The translations under genes were made by a program, and so were the position numbers. Below the pieces are notes generated by a model that was given only the letters and a program-made list of their open reading frames with translations, made no database searches and was not told the origin of the DNA. Of a stretch of DNA of 64,000 nt, positions 1-12,427 are shown piece by piece. Source of the stretch: Chiloscyllium plagiosum (lineage: Eukaryota); contig NC_057734.1 in assembly GCF_004010195.1 (NCBI RefSeq), positions 45,085,605-45,149,604 of the forward strand. The letters run 5' to 3'. The first letter of the stretch is position 1. Each line of letters opens with the position of its first letter.

Positions 1-39
1 GGCTTATGTTCTTCCAGCCTCCGGCTTGTCTACCCACAA

Positions 40-622
40 ATACAGTGGTACAAAAGCTAGTTACAGAAGCTAGGGATACTCCAGTAAGTATCTCACCACA
101 TGGCTCTCATCCTGTACACCATCTACAAGACCCAAGTCAGGAGTGTGATGGAATACTCACCATTTGCCTCAATACGTACAACTGCAATGACACAAATTTG
201 ACTCCATTCAGGACAAAGCAACCCATTTGATTGGAAAAACATCTACAAACATCCAATCCTTCCACCACCAACACTCATCACAGATTCACTGCAGAAATTC
301 ACCAGTGTCACTTCGGCATTATCTTCCAAACCCATGACCACTTTTAATCTAGAAGGACAAGGGCAGCACATACATTGACCGGAAGGTACCCTTCGAAGTT
401 GCTCACCATCCTGACTTAGGAACATATTGCTGTTCCTTCATGGCTGCTGGGTCAAAATCGTGGCATTCTGTACTAAATGGCTTTGTAGATCTACCGACAG
501 AACATTGACTCCAGTGGTTCACAAAGGTAGCTCCTCAGCACCTTCTCAAGGGCAACTAATCATAGGCAATAAATGCTGGTCCAGCCAGCAACTCCCACAT
601 CCTACAAGTGAACTAAAAAAAT
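40..622 (+). mobile_element. 3' fragment of an old CR1/L2-superfamily LINE
   Basis: Degenerate RT C-terminal motif (IYKTQVRSVMEYSP...DSIQDKA), then a GGCAATAAATGCTGG...A-rich tail. The same family recurs on the - strand at ~26410-28300. Confidence 0.65.
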
Positions 623-699
623 TTACAGGAGGGAAAATAGAATGCTACTGTGAATATCACTCCTGGAGCGTATACGTACAATGAGCCATAGATAACAGA

Positions 700-897
700 T
701 TTTAATAAAAACACAATATTGCGAATGCTAGAAATGTGAAACAAATGCAGAGAACGCCAGGTCTGGCAGCATGTGTGGAGAGAGAAACAGGATATTGGTT
801 CTGAAAAGTCATTCCAGGCTTGAAATGTACAGATGCTGCCAAATGTACAGATGCTTTCTCCCTGTACAGATGCTGCCAGATCTGCTGAGTTTCTTGA
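700..897. mobile_element. Palindromic non-autonomous element derived from Penelope-like termini
   Basis: CAGGTCTGGCAGCATGTGTGGAGAGAGAAAC followed by its near reverse complement TCTCCCTGTACAGATGCTGCCAGATCTGCTGAG. The same termini flank the GIY-YIG remnant at 35670-36520. Confidence 0.6.
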
Positions 898-2418
898 TGA
901 CATGCTTTACGTTTAATGATGTCAAAGACCACTAATTTTGTTGATTTTTGTGGCATTTCGTCAAAAGTCCTGGCACTTAATTCTCTAATTAACAATGATG
1001 TGATGTACTATTTGACTCATCATTTGCAAGTAGTGAAAATACCAATCCCTGAGTAACAAACAAATTGGCACATTGCCAACATTGTTCAGTGTAGGTGGCT
1101 CCTGTATTCAGAGACCTGAACCTTGAAGTCACTTATCAGATACGGTTTGCCTTATCTGTGCTGGCTGACCCTTTGAATGGCTGATTCTCAAAGGGAGAAT
1201 TGATGTTACTCTGGATGATTTTGCCAATATTGATGTTAGATTGATTGACCTGCAATTGCCAGGTTTGTCCCTCTCCAATCTTTATTGAGCAGTGTATAAA
1301 ATTTGCATCCCACCCCAGTCATCTGGCACCACTCTGTTATCCAAGGAGGATTGAAAGACTGTGATCAATTGTGGTCCTGCTTCAGTTATCTAACATGAGT
1401 TTACTTCAGTGCCATAGGGGGCATCCCAATTAGATAATAGCTTATTAAACTATAATGATGCCAATATTTTTAGCATTACCTTTCTCTCCAGTATCTATTA
1501 CCGCTGGCTCCTATTATGACATTAACTTAATTATCTTCTTTGATAATGAATGCAGATATAAAGTACTTAATTAATCCCTCAGTCGTGCCCTCTGCTTCCA
1601 CAGGATGATTTCCATTTTCATTGTTAATCAGCTCCATAGTACCTTCATGTTTTTTAATTTTTTAAAAATTCTCCAAATAATCATCTGTACTTTGGAAAAA
1701 TTGAATATGTTTTTCTGTGCTTATGAAAGTGAAATGCAGCTAATCAGCTTTTGCAACCCTCTGTCAATGAAGAGAGCTGAATTCTGAAACTGATCCAGAT
1801 GTGGGAGGGGATGTTTATGGGACAGAAGAGGAAATTACTTACTCTGCACCTGCCCTTTCCTATGCAAATTTGGGGGCATTTCCCATTCTCTACAATGTCC
1901 TAGGTCAGTTTCTCAACTGAGGAGTGTGTCTATTATTGTAGCAGTCCCCCGTACCAGCCATTGCTTCCTCTCTCAGATTTGAAATTATTGCTGAATTCTG
2001 GGCAACATTGGAAGCGGGTAGAGGTTTATTAAAAAAAATTTTCCCCAATGTTGACTTGAAGCCATAGTCTTGAGATAGAGTGCTTTGGTTCAGCCACCCA
2101 GCTCCCTGCAGCTATTGGTTACACAGCAACATTACAGATTATGTCCCTCACAGTAATGGATTATTGTGGTGTTTAATTAAAGTCAGTTTCTTTATTGGAA
2201 ATTCTGATGGTTGGAGAAACTCCTCTCTCAAACAAAATCCACCCTGTTGGTGTCAGGCTCTGGTTTCTCCCCATCAGTGCAATTTCTCCACAGCCCCCTG
2301 TTGGTGAGCTGTGGTTTCTGTATGTCTCCCTACTCCCACCCTAACCTTGATGCTGTTAACTCTAATTGATGAAGAGTTTCAATAGGTCTCATCCTGATCC
2401 ATTTTGCCCCTTTTGTAG

Positions 2419-2580
2419 TGACCTTGTCAGTGTGGCTTGTGAGGAGCGGACAGTCTCTGTGTTTTCAGCAAGTGGGCGACGGCTGCTCCCTGCTATCCTT
2501 CTACAGTCGCCCATCTCTACACTGCATTGTGCAAGCCACTTTGTGATGGCTCTGTTGGCTACTGCTACACTTTCTGTCTG
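2419..2580 (+). CDS. HIRA: HIRA internal coding exon (DLVSVACEERTVSVFSASGRRLLPAILLQSPISTLHCASHFVMALLATATLSVW)
   Basis: tttgtAG acceptor and GTAAGT donor. Translation matches the recalled vertebrate HIRA C-terminal region (VACEKR...GRRLL...SPISTLHC...ATLSVW). Confidence 0.95.
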
Positions 2581-2820
2581 GTAAGTGCTTATCACTGGAA
2601 AAAATAATATCAAAAATGTCCATCTAAATTGATCACAGAATAAAGAGTGTGAGGATATATGTGGTATGGAATCAATCAATGGTTTAGGCATGTAAATTGT
2701 GCTGAAGAATATAAAATAGTGTATGTGTGTGTGTGGAGTGGGGGAGGTGGATTTATCTCTCGCTTTCTCTTTCTCTCGCATGCCTTCTCTCTTTTCCTTC
2801 CCTCCCTCTTTCCATCCTTC

Positions 2821-3167
2821 CATGGCTCAGTGGTTAGCACTGCTGCCTCATAGCGCCAGGGACCTTAGTTCGATTCCAGCCTTGGGTGACTGTCTGTCTG
2901 TGTGGAGTTTGCACATGCTGCCTTGTACCTACATGGGTTTCCTTGGGGTGCTCTGGTTTCCTCCCACAGTCCAAAAATGTGCAGGTTAGGTGAATTGGCC
3001 ATGCTAAATTGACCATAGTGATCAGAATTGTGTAGGTTAGGTGCATTAGTCAGGGGTAAATGTAGAGTAATAGGGTAGGGAATGGGTCTGGGTGGGTTAC
3101 TCTTCGGAGGGTCGGTGTGGACTTGTTGGGCCAAATTACTTTTTTCCACACTGTAGGGATTCTATGA
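2821..3167 (+). mobile_element. HE1-type tRNA-derived SINE
   Basis: TGGCTCAGTGGTTAGCACTGCTGCCTCA head with A/B boxes, conserved body GTGTGGAGTTTGCAC, and a CR1-like 3' tail. Confidence 0.9.
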
Positions 3168-4050
3168 AATCTATCAATTTCTTTCTTAAATGTATTCAGT
3201 GACTTAGCATCCACAGCCTTCTGTGATAGAGAATTCCACAGGTTCAACATCCTCTGAATGAAGAAATTTGTCCTCATCTCAGTCTCAAATGGCCTGTGAT
3301 AGGATTAAGGTGTATCCTGAGACTGTAACCCCTTATTCTGGGCCCCCTGACCAGCGGAATCATCATCCTTCGTCCAGTCTATCCAGCCCTGTCAGAAGCT
3401 TACATATTTCTATGAGAACCCCTTTCAATCTTCAAAACAAGTTACATGCCCAGTTAACTTAAACTCTTCTCCTATGCCAAATCTGCCAATCCAGTAATCG
3501 TGAACCTTTGCTGCACTCCCTCTTTAGCCAGTACACCTTTTCTTAGGTAAAGAGACCAAAACTGCACGCATTACTCTAAGTATGGTCTCATCAAGGTACA
3601 GCTGCAGTAAGACTTCCTTGGTCCTTTATACAAACCCTTTTGAAATATAGGCCATTTAGTTTCCTAATTGCTTGCGGTACCTGCATACTTGCATTCTGTG
3701 ACCAGATGATGACCAGGACACCCAATTGCCTTTGTACATCTACATTTCTCAAACTATTACTATTTCATTAGTATTCTGCCTTTGTTTTTTTTTCCTACTG
3801 AGGTGGATAATTTCATATTATCCTCATTATACAGCATCTTCCAAGCATTTTCCTACTCAATCAATTTGTCTAAATCACTGAAGCCTCTTTACATCCTCCT
3901 CACCACTTACATCCCACCTAGCTTTATGTCATCAACAGCTGTGGAAATATTATGGTTGAATCTCTCATCCAAATCATTGATTATGTATAGATGAGCCCTG
4001 ATTCCTGGGGTATCCGAATCGGCACTGCCTTCCACTCCAAAAATGAGCAA
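3168..4050 (-). mobile_element. CR1 LINE ORF2 (RT) 3' fragment
   Basis: Minus strand reads MRTNFFIQRMLNLWNSLSQKAVDAKSLNTFKKEIDRF, the CR1 ORF2 C-terminus, plus decayed RT motifs. Confidence 0.8.
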
Positions 4051-5093
4051 TAGAAGTGTCTTTGATTTTGAATCCTGTCAGATCGCATGGATCAGTTGGA
4101 GCGGCAGTTAGAGGCAATAACGAATATACAAGAGCTAGGGGGTGTGACGGATGGCAGTTATAGGAAAAGAGAAAAGCTGCAGGTACAGTCAGGCAAATGA
4201 GTCAACTCCAGAAAAGGTAAGCGGGGTGGGCAGGTAGTGCAGGAGTCTCCTATGGCTATTCCCATCTCAAACAAGTGAGATGTTATGGAAAATGTAAGGG
4301 GTATTGCACTCTCGGAAATGTAGCACAAACAGCCAAATTTCTGGTACTGAGAATGGCTCCAATGAGGGCTACATTGGGGTCCAAGCGATTGATTGTGATA
4401 GGGAACTCGCTAGTCACAGGACAGACAGATGTTTCTACAGCCAGCAGCAAAAAATCAGAATGATGTGTTGCCTCCCTGGTGCCAGGGTCAAGGATATCTG
4501 AGTTGGGGGTGCAGAATGTTCTCAAAGGGGAGAGAGACCAACAGGAGGTCATTGTATATGTTAGAACTAATAACACAGGAAGGGAAAAGGATGAAATTCT
4601 GAAGGGAGAATATAGACCTTAGGCAGGAATTTAAAAGGAGGTGCACGAGGGGAGTAATATCTGGATTACTCCCAGTGCTGTGAACGGGTGACAGTAGCAA
4701 TAGGAGGATAAAGCAGATAAATATGTGCCTGAAGAGCTGATGCATGGGAGAAGGGTTTATATATTTGGATCATTGGAATCGCTTCTAGGGTAGAAGTGAC
4801 CTGTACAAGAAGCACCTGAATTGGAAGAGGGCTAATATTTTGGCAGGGAGATTTTTGAGAGCTGCTCTGAAGGATTTAAACTTGGGTGAGTGGGACCCAA
4901 GGAGATAGTGAGGAAAGAGATCAATCTGAGACTGGTACAGTTGGGAAAAGGAGCAAGTCAAACAGTCAGGGCAGACAGGAACAAAGCAGAGAACAAGGTA
5001 GGAGAAAGTGAGGTCTGCAGATGCTGGAGATCAAAGTTGAAACTTTATTGCTGGAACAGCACAGCAGGTCAGGCAGCATCCAGGGAACAGGAG

Positions 5094-5129
5094 ATTCGAC
5101 GTTTCGGGCACAGGCCCTTCTTCAGGAAT
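5094..5129 (-). ncRNA. Minimal hammerhead ribozyme motif (Penelope terminus)
   Basis: Reverse complement is ATTC-CTGAAGA-A-GGGC-CTGT-GCCC-GAAA-CG-TC-GAAT: stem I ATTC/GAAT, CUGANGA and GAAA core, stem II GGGC/GCCC. Confidence 0.75.
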
Positions 5130-5313
5130 GAGCAGAGAGTGTTCAGCAGGAGAAGATAAAAGGTAGGGAGGAGGGACTTGGAGGAGGGGAGTTGGAAATG
5201 TGATAGGTGGAAAGAGGTCAAGGTGAGGGTGATAGGTCGGAGTAGGGTGATCAGAGCTGAAAATGTGTTGCTGGAAAAGCGCAGCAGGTCAGGCAGCATC
5301 CAGGGAACAGGTG

Positions 5314-5999
5314 NNNNNNNNNNNNNNNNNNNNNNNNNNNNNNNNNNNNNNNNNNNNNNNNNNNNNNNNNNNNNNNNNNNNNNNNNNNNNNNNNNNNNNN
5401 NNNNNNNNNNNNNNNNNNNNNNNNNNNNNNNNNNNNNNNNNNNNNNNNNNNNNNNNNNNNNNNNNNNNNNNNNNNNNNNNNNNNNNNNNNNNNNNNNNNN
5501 NNNNNNNNNNNNNNNNNNNNNNNNNNNNNNNNNNNNNNNNNNNNNNNNNNNNNNNNNNNNNNNNNNNNNNNNNNNNNNNNNNNNNNNNNNNNNNNNNNNN
5601 NNNNNNNNNNNNNNNNNNNNNNNNNNNNNNNNNNNNNNNNNNNNNNNNNNNNNNNNNNNNNNNNNNNNNNNNNNNNNNNNNNNNNNNNNNNNNNNNNNNN
5701 NNNNNNNNNNNNNNNNNNNNNNNNNNNNNNNNNNNNNNNNNNNNNNNNNNNNNNNNNNNNNNNNNNNNNNNNNNNNNNNNNNNNNNNNNNNNNNNNNNNN
5801 NNNNNNNNNNNNNNNNNNNNNNNNNNNNNNNNNNNNNNNNNNNNNNNNNNNNNNNNNNNNNNNNNNNNNNNNNNNNNNNNNNNNNNNNNNNNNNNNNNNN
5901 NNNNNNNNNNNNNNNNNNNNNNNNNNNNNNNNNNNNNNNNNNNNNNNNNNNNNNNNNNNNNNNNNNNNNNNNNNNNNNNNNNNNNNNNNNNNNNNNNNN
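5314..5999. other. Assembly gap (686 N)
   Basis: Run of n. Confidence 1.
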
Positions 6000-6174
6000 T
6001 CCAGCCCGGCACCGCCTTCCTGTCCTGCAGTCTTCTTCTTGTCCTCTCCGCCTCCATCCTACTCCGACCTATCACCCTCCCCTTGACCTCTTTCCACCTA
6101 TCCCATTTCCCACGCCCCTCCTCCAAGTCCCTCCTCCCTACCTTTTATCTTCTCCTGCTGAACACTCTCTGCTC

Positions 6175-6210
6175 ATTCCTGAAGAAGGGCCTGTGCCCGA
6201 AACGTCGAAT
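6175..6210 (+). ncRNA. Minimal hammerhead ribozyme motif (Penelope terminus), sense to HIRA
   Basis: ATTC-CTGAAGA-A-GGGC-CTGT-GCCC-GAAA-CG-TC-GAAT, identical to the - strand copy at 5094-5129. Predicted cleavage after C6206. Confidence 0.75.
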
Positions 6211-7041
6211 CTCCTGTTCCCTGGATGCTGCCTGACCTGCTGTGCTGTTCCAGCAAGAGAACAAGGTAGGACTGATAAATTAAACTGCATTTATTTCAGT
6301 GCAAGAGGCCTAACAGGGAAGGCGGATGAACTCCGGGCATGGTTAGAAACATGGGACTGGGATATCATAGTGATTATTCACAGGAATATCCTCCCTAAGT
6401 ACAGCCATAATGCTATCCATTATCAAAAATGCTACTCCCCCTTCTCTCTTGTGACCCCCCCCCTTTCTATCCTTTCTGTAGCATTTATATTCTGGAACAT
6501 TTAAGCTGCCAGCCCTGTCCATCCCTGAGCTGGCAAATGGGACTAGATTAAGCTGTGATATCTGGTCGGAATGGATGCATTGTACCGAAAGGTCTGTTTC
6601 TGTGCATTCCAACTCTGTTTCCTGTGTGCTAACCAGTTCTCAGGCCATACTATCATATTGCACCAATTCCATGTGCTTTGATTTTGCACAATAACTTTTA
6701 AAATGCTACTACATCAAGAGCTTTCTGAAAACCCAAATACACCACATTCATTGGTTCTCCCTTATCAATTCTGCTCAAAACCTTCTATTGTTAAATATCA
6801 TTTCTTTTACGTAAATGCATTTTGGCTTTTATGTAACTTCATTGCTGTTTTCTAAGTGTTGTTATTACATTATTTGTAATAGACTCCAGTATCTTTCTGA
6901 CTATCCATGTTAGGCCAGCTGATCTGTAATTGCTGATTTTTCCTCTCCTTTTTTAAATAATGAGATTATACTTTGCCACTCTTCAACCTGTTGGGTATGT
7001 TTCAGAATCTTCAATTGAATTTTGTTTTATTGTTTTTCCAG

Positions 7042-7100
7042 GGATGCAAAGAAGCAGAGTGTATTGGTGAAAGATGAGTCTCTAATCACTATATTATCAG
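7042..7100 (+). CDS. HIRA: HIRA coding exon ((W)DAKKQSVLVKDESLITILS(G))
   Basis: ttttccAG acceptor and GT donor. 59 nt, phases fit both neighbouring exons. Matches recalled HIRA WDVHRQVVVVKEESLHSILAG. Not in the ORF track. Confidence 0.93.
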
Positions 7101-7751
7101 GTACTTCGGCTTTGATTTCTATTTATTCATATTTTGTACTCTTAACTTTAAAAGTAGGTATGAACTTCTGCTGATATGGAGTCACTGGACTCAAGACATT
7201 AACTCTGTTTCTCTCAGACCTGCTGAGTTTCTCAAAAATCGTTTTAATTCAGTTTTCCAGCATCTGCGGTTCTTTGTTTTAGGTATGACATTTGTGACAA
7301 AGATTTAAGTAGAAACTCCTCCCATTTTTCTTCCTCAACCATCTTCTGTTTCCCTGCAATGATCTCGTGTTCTGAAACTTCTATTTTTCATTTGATCACA
7401 TGTGACACATTCTCACAGTTGGGTTAGTCCATTTTACTATTCTGTTTCAACCTGAATCCTTGCTGTCTTGAGCATTATGCTGAATTCAGATACGTGGACT
7501 CAAGAACTTCCTGGTGCAACTTCTGAATTCAGGGGCAAAATTCAGGAAAATGGTTCCAACCCACAGCTCAGATTCCTGAACAGTACATTAATGCTTTCTG
7601 TTCATAAAGCTTTTCCAGTTAATATTGTAAAGTTGCAGCTTCACTGTGGCATAAGGGTCAACTATTCAATCCATCAGTCTTTCTTTTCTGTTATAGCCAA
7701 TTTCTTTTCATTTCCCTGTATCATGTAACACCCTTCCATTTTATATAATGG

Positions 7752-7942
7752 GTAAAAACAATGACTGCAGATGCTGGAAACCAGATTCTGGATTAGTGGT
7801 GCTGGCAAATCACAGCAGTTCAGATAGCATCCGAGGAGCAATAAAATCGATGTTTCGGGCAAAAGCCCTTCATCAGGAATACAGGCAGAGTGCCTGAAGG
7901 GTGGAGAGATGAATGAGAGGAAGGTGGGGGTGGGGAGAAAGT
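7752..7942 (-). mobile_element. Penelope-like terminus with a slightly decayed hammerhead (7845-7880)
   Basis: Reverse complement contains ATTC-CTGATGA-A-GGGC-TTTT-GCCC-GAAA-CA-TC-GATT. Confidence 0.75.
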
Positions 7943-10900
7943 ACATTTTATATAATGTACTATTTGGGCTCATTTCAATACTTTTTATCTTTACAGCTGG
8001 ACTGCAGTTTTCATAAGTAGTCATCAACAACAGATGTTATAATGTGTATTCATAAAGTGTCTTAAATATGTATTCATAAAGTGTCTTAAAGCGTTTCATA
8101 TAGCCCTTCACAGAAAGGATATGGGAATTGAGCCAGAAAAGGGAGCAATTGGAAGTCACCAAAATTATAGTTGAAGGGTGGATTTTAATGGAGGAAAAAG
8201 GTGAAGATGATGAGGGATTTGTGAAGGGAATTATAGAAAGTAGGTCCCATGCAGCTAAAGGCAATGAAGCAAAAAAAGTGATCTGAATCAGAAGCACATT
8301 TGATATATGGAAAATGTGACTAAAGCAATTTCTGAGCTGGAGAGTGGGTAAGACCATTTTTTAAAAACAAAAATCAAGATCAAGACAGGGAGTTTAAACT
8401 TAATGTGTTGGGGAGTTGGAGGAGTTTGGTTGGCATAGCAGAGATGATGGGCAAGCGGGATTCAACTTGGAAAGGTCCAAAAGAAGTAAAATATTGCAGA
8501 TGCTGCAAATCTGAAATAAAAATTGAAGGTGCTGGAGAAAATCTGTGACGAGAAACAGTTACTATTTTGAGTTTAATGAATGTTTAAAGTAGATCTTGAA
8601 TAGGATGCATGTACCGGAGTTTTGCCCAAGTTAGAGTTAATGTGGAAGATCATTGAAATAATCGGTTGTTGAGATGCCAGAGATGAGTTGGACCGAAGGG
8701 TTTGTTTCCATGCTGTACATCTCTATGACTCTAAGTGTACTCTCAGTGTTTAAGGGCAAATAAATGCTGTGGTAGGTCAAATGTGGACAGTATACAGAGG
8801 TGAAGGTGAGTGGGGTATTTATATTGGGAAAATATGGAGTCTGAAACAGTTCAATTCAGGAATAAAGCTTCCTTCAATATTCGGATGGTATAAAGGTTAG
8901 CATTCACGATTTCTTTTCACTACCACTTTTTCTGAGGGCTTGTCTCTCACTTATTTTAGTGAGAAGGCAGTCTTCATGCTAACCAAATGACAGCAATTTC
9001 TACATTCGCAAGAGTAGGCATGTTTGCCTTATTAATAACTCAAGTGATTCTCTTTCTATGGAATGGATTGGACAAGGCTATACCTTTAGTTCCTTTCCCT
9101 TAACCTTGGATAATCTCAGTCAAGTGAGACCTCACTGGGCTGTTTGTCAATTACACCTGGTTTGTAATGACACCCAGCAAGCTGCTTTGATTACTCAAAA
9201 TAAAATGGCTGTCTTTTTTTTGCCAGTGCAGTTTCAGTTCTTTTTTGTATTTTCCTCTGCATTTCCTGTGCATCTGTTTCTCAGCAATCAAATTAAGCTT
9301 GAGGAAAGCAAACACTGTTCTTAATATCCTCCTCCACATCATCACCTCCTTTCCCCCACCAACCAGTACCGTAGCACCACATCACAGATAACTAGCAGAC
9401 ATTGAATTGTTGACATGTACACCTTGGTTTACAGGCCAAGCCCTCTGGTTCTCCATCACCCCATATGGCTTCCTGTTCCCAGAGTTTTCTAGCCTGGCAG
9501 TTTTACAAGCAGATTTAACTGAGGCATCCTAACAACCCATTTCCAAATAAAGAAGAGCAGAAACACTCCAAGCCAAGACAAATCCAGCTAAATAGCAGGT
9601 TTCCATCAAATCCTGACCAAACGAATTAGCTGGTGATTATCTTATTGCTGTATTTGAGGAACATTTCTGTATGCAAGCTGGCTATCCTATTTCTTACATT
9701 ACAGCAACAACTACATAGCCTATCAAACAAAATGCTAGTGTTTGGAGCAGTCAGTAACTCTGTACAATGAAATAAAGGACTTAAATCTTCACATGAGGAG
9801 AACAGTTCCACCCAAACATTCTCACGCAAATCATTGAGGTTCCCTGGTATAACAGGAATCTAAGGACCTTTGATCACCTGCCCTGACAGCTTTTAGTATT
9901 TGGAGTGGTCTTGTGGGTAAACCCTGGACTCATAATTTCAGTTGTCTGTATTCTTCAGTTGAATTTATACCTTGGGACAAAATATGTTCTGGAACATATT
10001 ACTAGATGTAAGATATTAGTTCAGAAAAGATTTTGTTTTGTATTTGATAAATTACATATTTTGGCATTTTCCATCATTTGGCACTTTCGGTGAAAAGCCC
10101 AGTCTTATATTGAGTATTATGGACCCAAAGTGTTATTGCCAAAAATGTAATTGTTATGACAAGATTAGAGACATTGTGTTCTCCTCCGTCACGGTTGCTC
10201 AATTAATCACATCTGAGTCAGGAGTTTGTCGTTTTCCATTTCCTCTACATGACTTGAGCATAGAAGTATAGAATCTGTGTCAGAGATGCTGCTGGCTTTT
10301 AAATGCCCCCCCGAACTCCCCATGCGTGCGCGCGCGCACACACAGATATAAAAGATCCAACAACACTGCATTAAAGCAGAGCAAGGAGCATATCAGTGAT
10401 AATTATCAGTTTCTGATGATTACTTTGTTGTCTGTGAAATCCCCAAACTGGCTATTGCCTTTGCCAAATTACAGTGACGACTGAATTTAAAGTGTTTTGT
10501 TGGCTACGAAGTGCTTTCGATACCCTTCTGTCATGAAAGAGGCTGGACGAAATGCAATCTTCCATTTTCCTCACCTTCCATCTTGACACCCTGTATAGAG
10601 CACATTTCCTGAGCGACATCCACCAGCCAATATCCTTTGGATCAAGGAATGGGGAACACAAACTCACCAACTGGTACACCCACAGTGAAAATAGTCCTTG
10701 CTAAACAGGTTCAAGAAAATCCAGGACCTCACTTACAAACTGTTTTTGCACTAGTGGAGAGATAGAAACAATGCTGCAAATTACCAAGGAATGTCCCCGC
10801 TATAGAGTAGTTGGCAGACTGATCTCCTTAACATCGGCAAATGAGGAAGTTGTCAGTTGCCTTTGGTGATTTGCAATGGTTCAATCAATAATTTTGAAAA

Positions 10901-11621
10901 ATTTGTTCTCAAAACGTGACCATTGCCGGCTGGAGAACATTGACAATTTAAAAAAAAAGTTGCAGGCAAAGCCATCTGTACTTGACAGTGAATATCAAAT
11001 TTAAGGTAATTGTTAATGGCCAGAGTGGAGATGCACTTGTTATGCTAAAAGAAAAAGTTGTATCATCTGCAATGAACTGCCTGACAGGGTGGTGGAAGTA
11101 GATTCCGTATTAATATTCAAAAGGGAATCGGAAATATACTTGGTAAAAAAGTTATGGCATTAAAGGAAACGATCTCTGTTCCTAATGCAGATAGTTACCA
11201 TGATCCATATGCACACACGCCGTTGCACCGGTGAAGTGATGCCAAAATAATATTGAATTTTGAACCAGTGGTAACATTTGGTAAAAACACAGTAATGATA
11301 GTAATCAGTTTGTAAATGTTGTTGCAACAAGAGTCTGTAGTTTCAATGAAAAGACTTAATTGTCAGTCAACATCGTACTGCACCTGTACAGAGTCTAAGC
11401 TATTTAACAGTCAGCAGAAGTGCTGATCTGCAAAGACATTTACAAACTGTTGCTGTGTTTTCCACAATATTACTAATTTAGAATTTAATGTAAGAAATGT
11501 AATGTGATCTGGCTATTTGTTTGCTGGTTGGAATGATTTTTGGTGCGACCCCAATTGTTTCTGTCCCAATTACTCAAGCACAGCTTTGTCTCTCTCTCTT
11601 TTTTGCACTTGTGTACTGCAA

Positions 11622-11636
11622 TGCTCCATCTAGTGG
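11622..11636 (-). promoter_or_regulatory. Candidate CTCF site
   Basis: Reverse complement CCACTAGATGGAGCA resembles the CTCF core CCACYAGRKGGCRS. It lies in non-repeat intron sequence. Confidence 0.4.
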
Positions 11637-12427
11637 TATCATTGCCCATAAATTCAATCTGTAGAGAAGCAGCATAGGTCCTTCAAAGAGCTGCCATAGT
11701 CATAACAGTGTCGATAGGCACTCTCTTAAGTTGCAAAATTTGACAATACCTATGACTGCGTTATTGTCATGGTGTATTGCCAATAACAAGTTTCACTTGC
11801 AACCTAGACTTAACTGCCACAATCTTATCCATGAGAAAAACCTAGTTTTAGTGATTCCAAAATCAGCACTGGCTATTAAAGTGAAGTGTCTTGTAGGCGC
11901 CTGTCAAACGCTGTGGTGGAGAACTGATTTAGACAATGTGTAAGTTTGAACCCTTGTGTGCAATAAGGAGTGTTGGCTAAATGTAGGAGGGATAACATGA
12001 ATCTATCACATTTATGATGTTCTGCTTCTAGACTGTGGAATTCATGAGACAGAGTGGTTTTAATACAAAATAGATTGGACTAAACAAGAAACATTTGCTA
12101 TAATACGGAATGCACAATAAAAGCAGACAATAGCATTACAAAATTTACTCTACTCTCAGGCCAGCATCAAAGGTGCAATATTGTGGAATGTACAGTAATC
12201 CTTAATATAAGATGTTATACATCAGGGCTTAGTACAAAATATTCCTGAGTGCATTGCCACCCCTGACCATGTATGAGAGAATGTGGCCCAGTTTACTGAA
12301 TGATGAATGCAGTGTAGTCGTCCTGCATGTTGTGTGAGCCCCACTGATGTAGTCTCTTGATTTTGAAAACTGTGTGTTTTATTAAGATTGTGGCTAAGCT
12401 TTGATGTATCTGACCTTTTGTCTGCAG

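Larger units (their letters stand above)
5004..6255. mobile_element. Penelope-like element with inverted termini and a 16-bp target-site duplication (spans the assembly gap)
   Basis: AGAGAACAAGGTAGGA at 4988-5003 and 6256-6271. ~5049-5245 is the near reverse complement of ~6055-6255. A partial tandem copy of the terminus lies at ~5250-5313. Confidence 0.85.
4055..6615 (+). mobile_element. Rearranged CR1 LINE: ORF1 (SGNH esterase-like), start of ORF2 endonuclease, inverted segment, 3' UTR; interrupted by a Penelope-like element
   Basis: VIGNSLV / CCLPGARVKDI ORF1 motifs. LNCIYFSARGLTGKADELRAWLETWDWDII endonuclease start at ~6275-6375. Confidence 0.8.

Noticed and set aside
5178-6504. Long ORFs of 291-413 aa
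   Set aside because: Artefacts of translating through the N gap.
10681-10720. CACAGTG heptamer as an RSS
   Set aside because: No ACAAAAACC nonamer at 12 or 23 bp spacing and no adjacent V or J segment.
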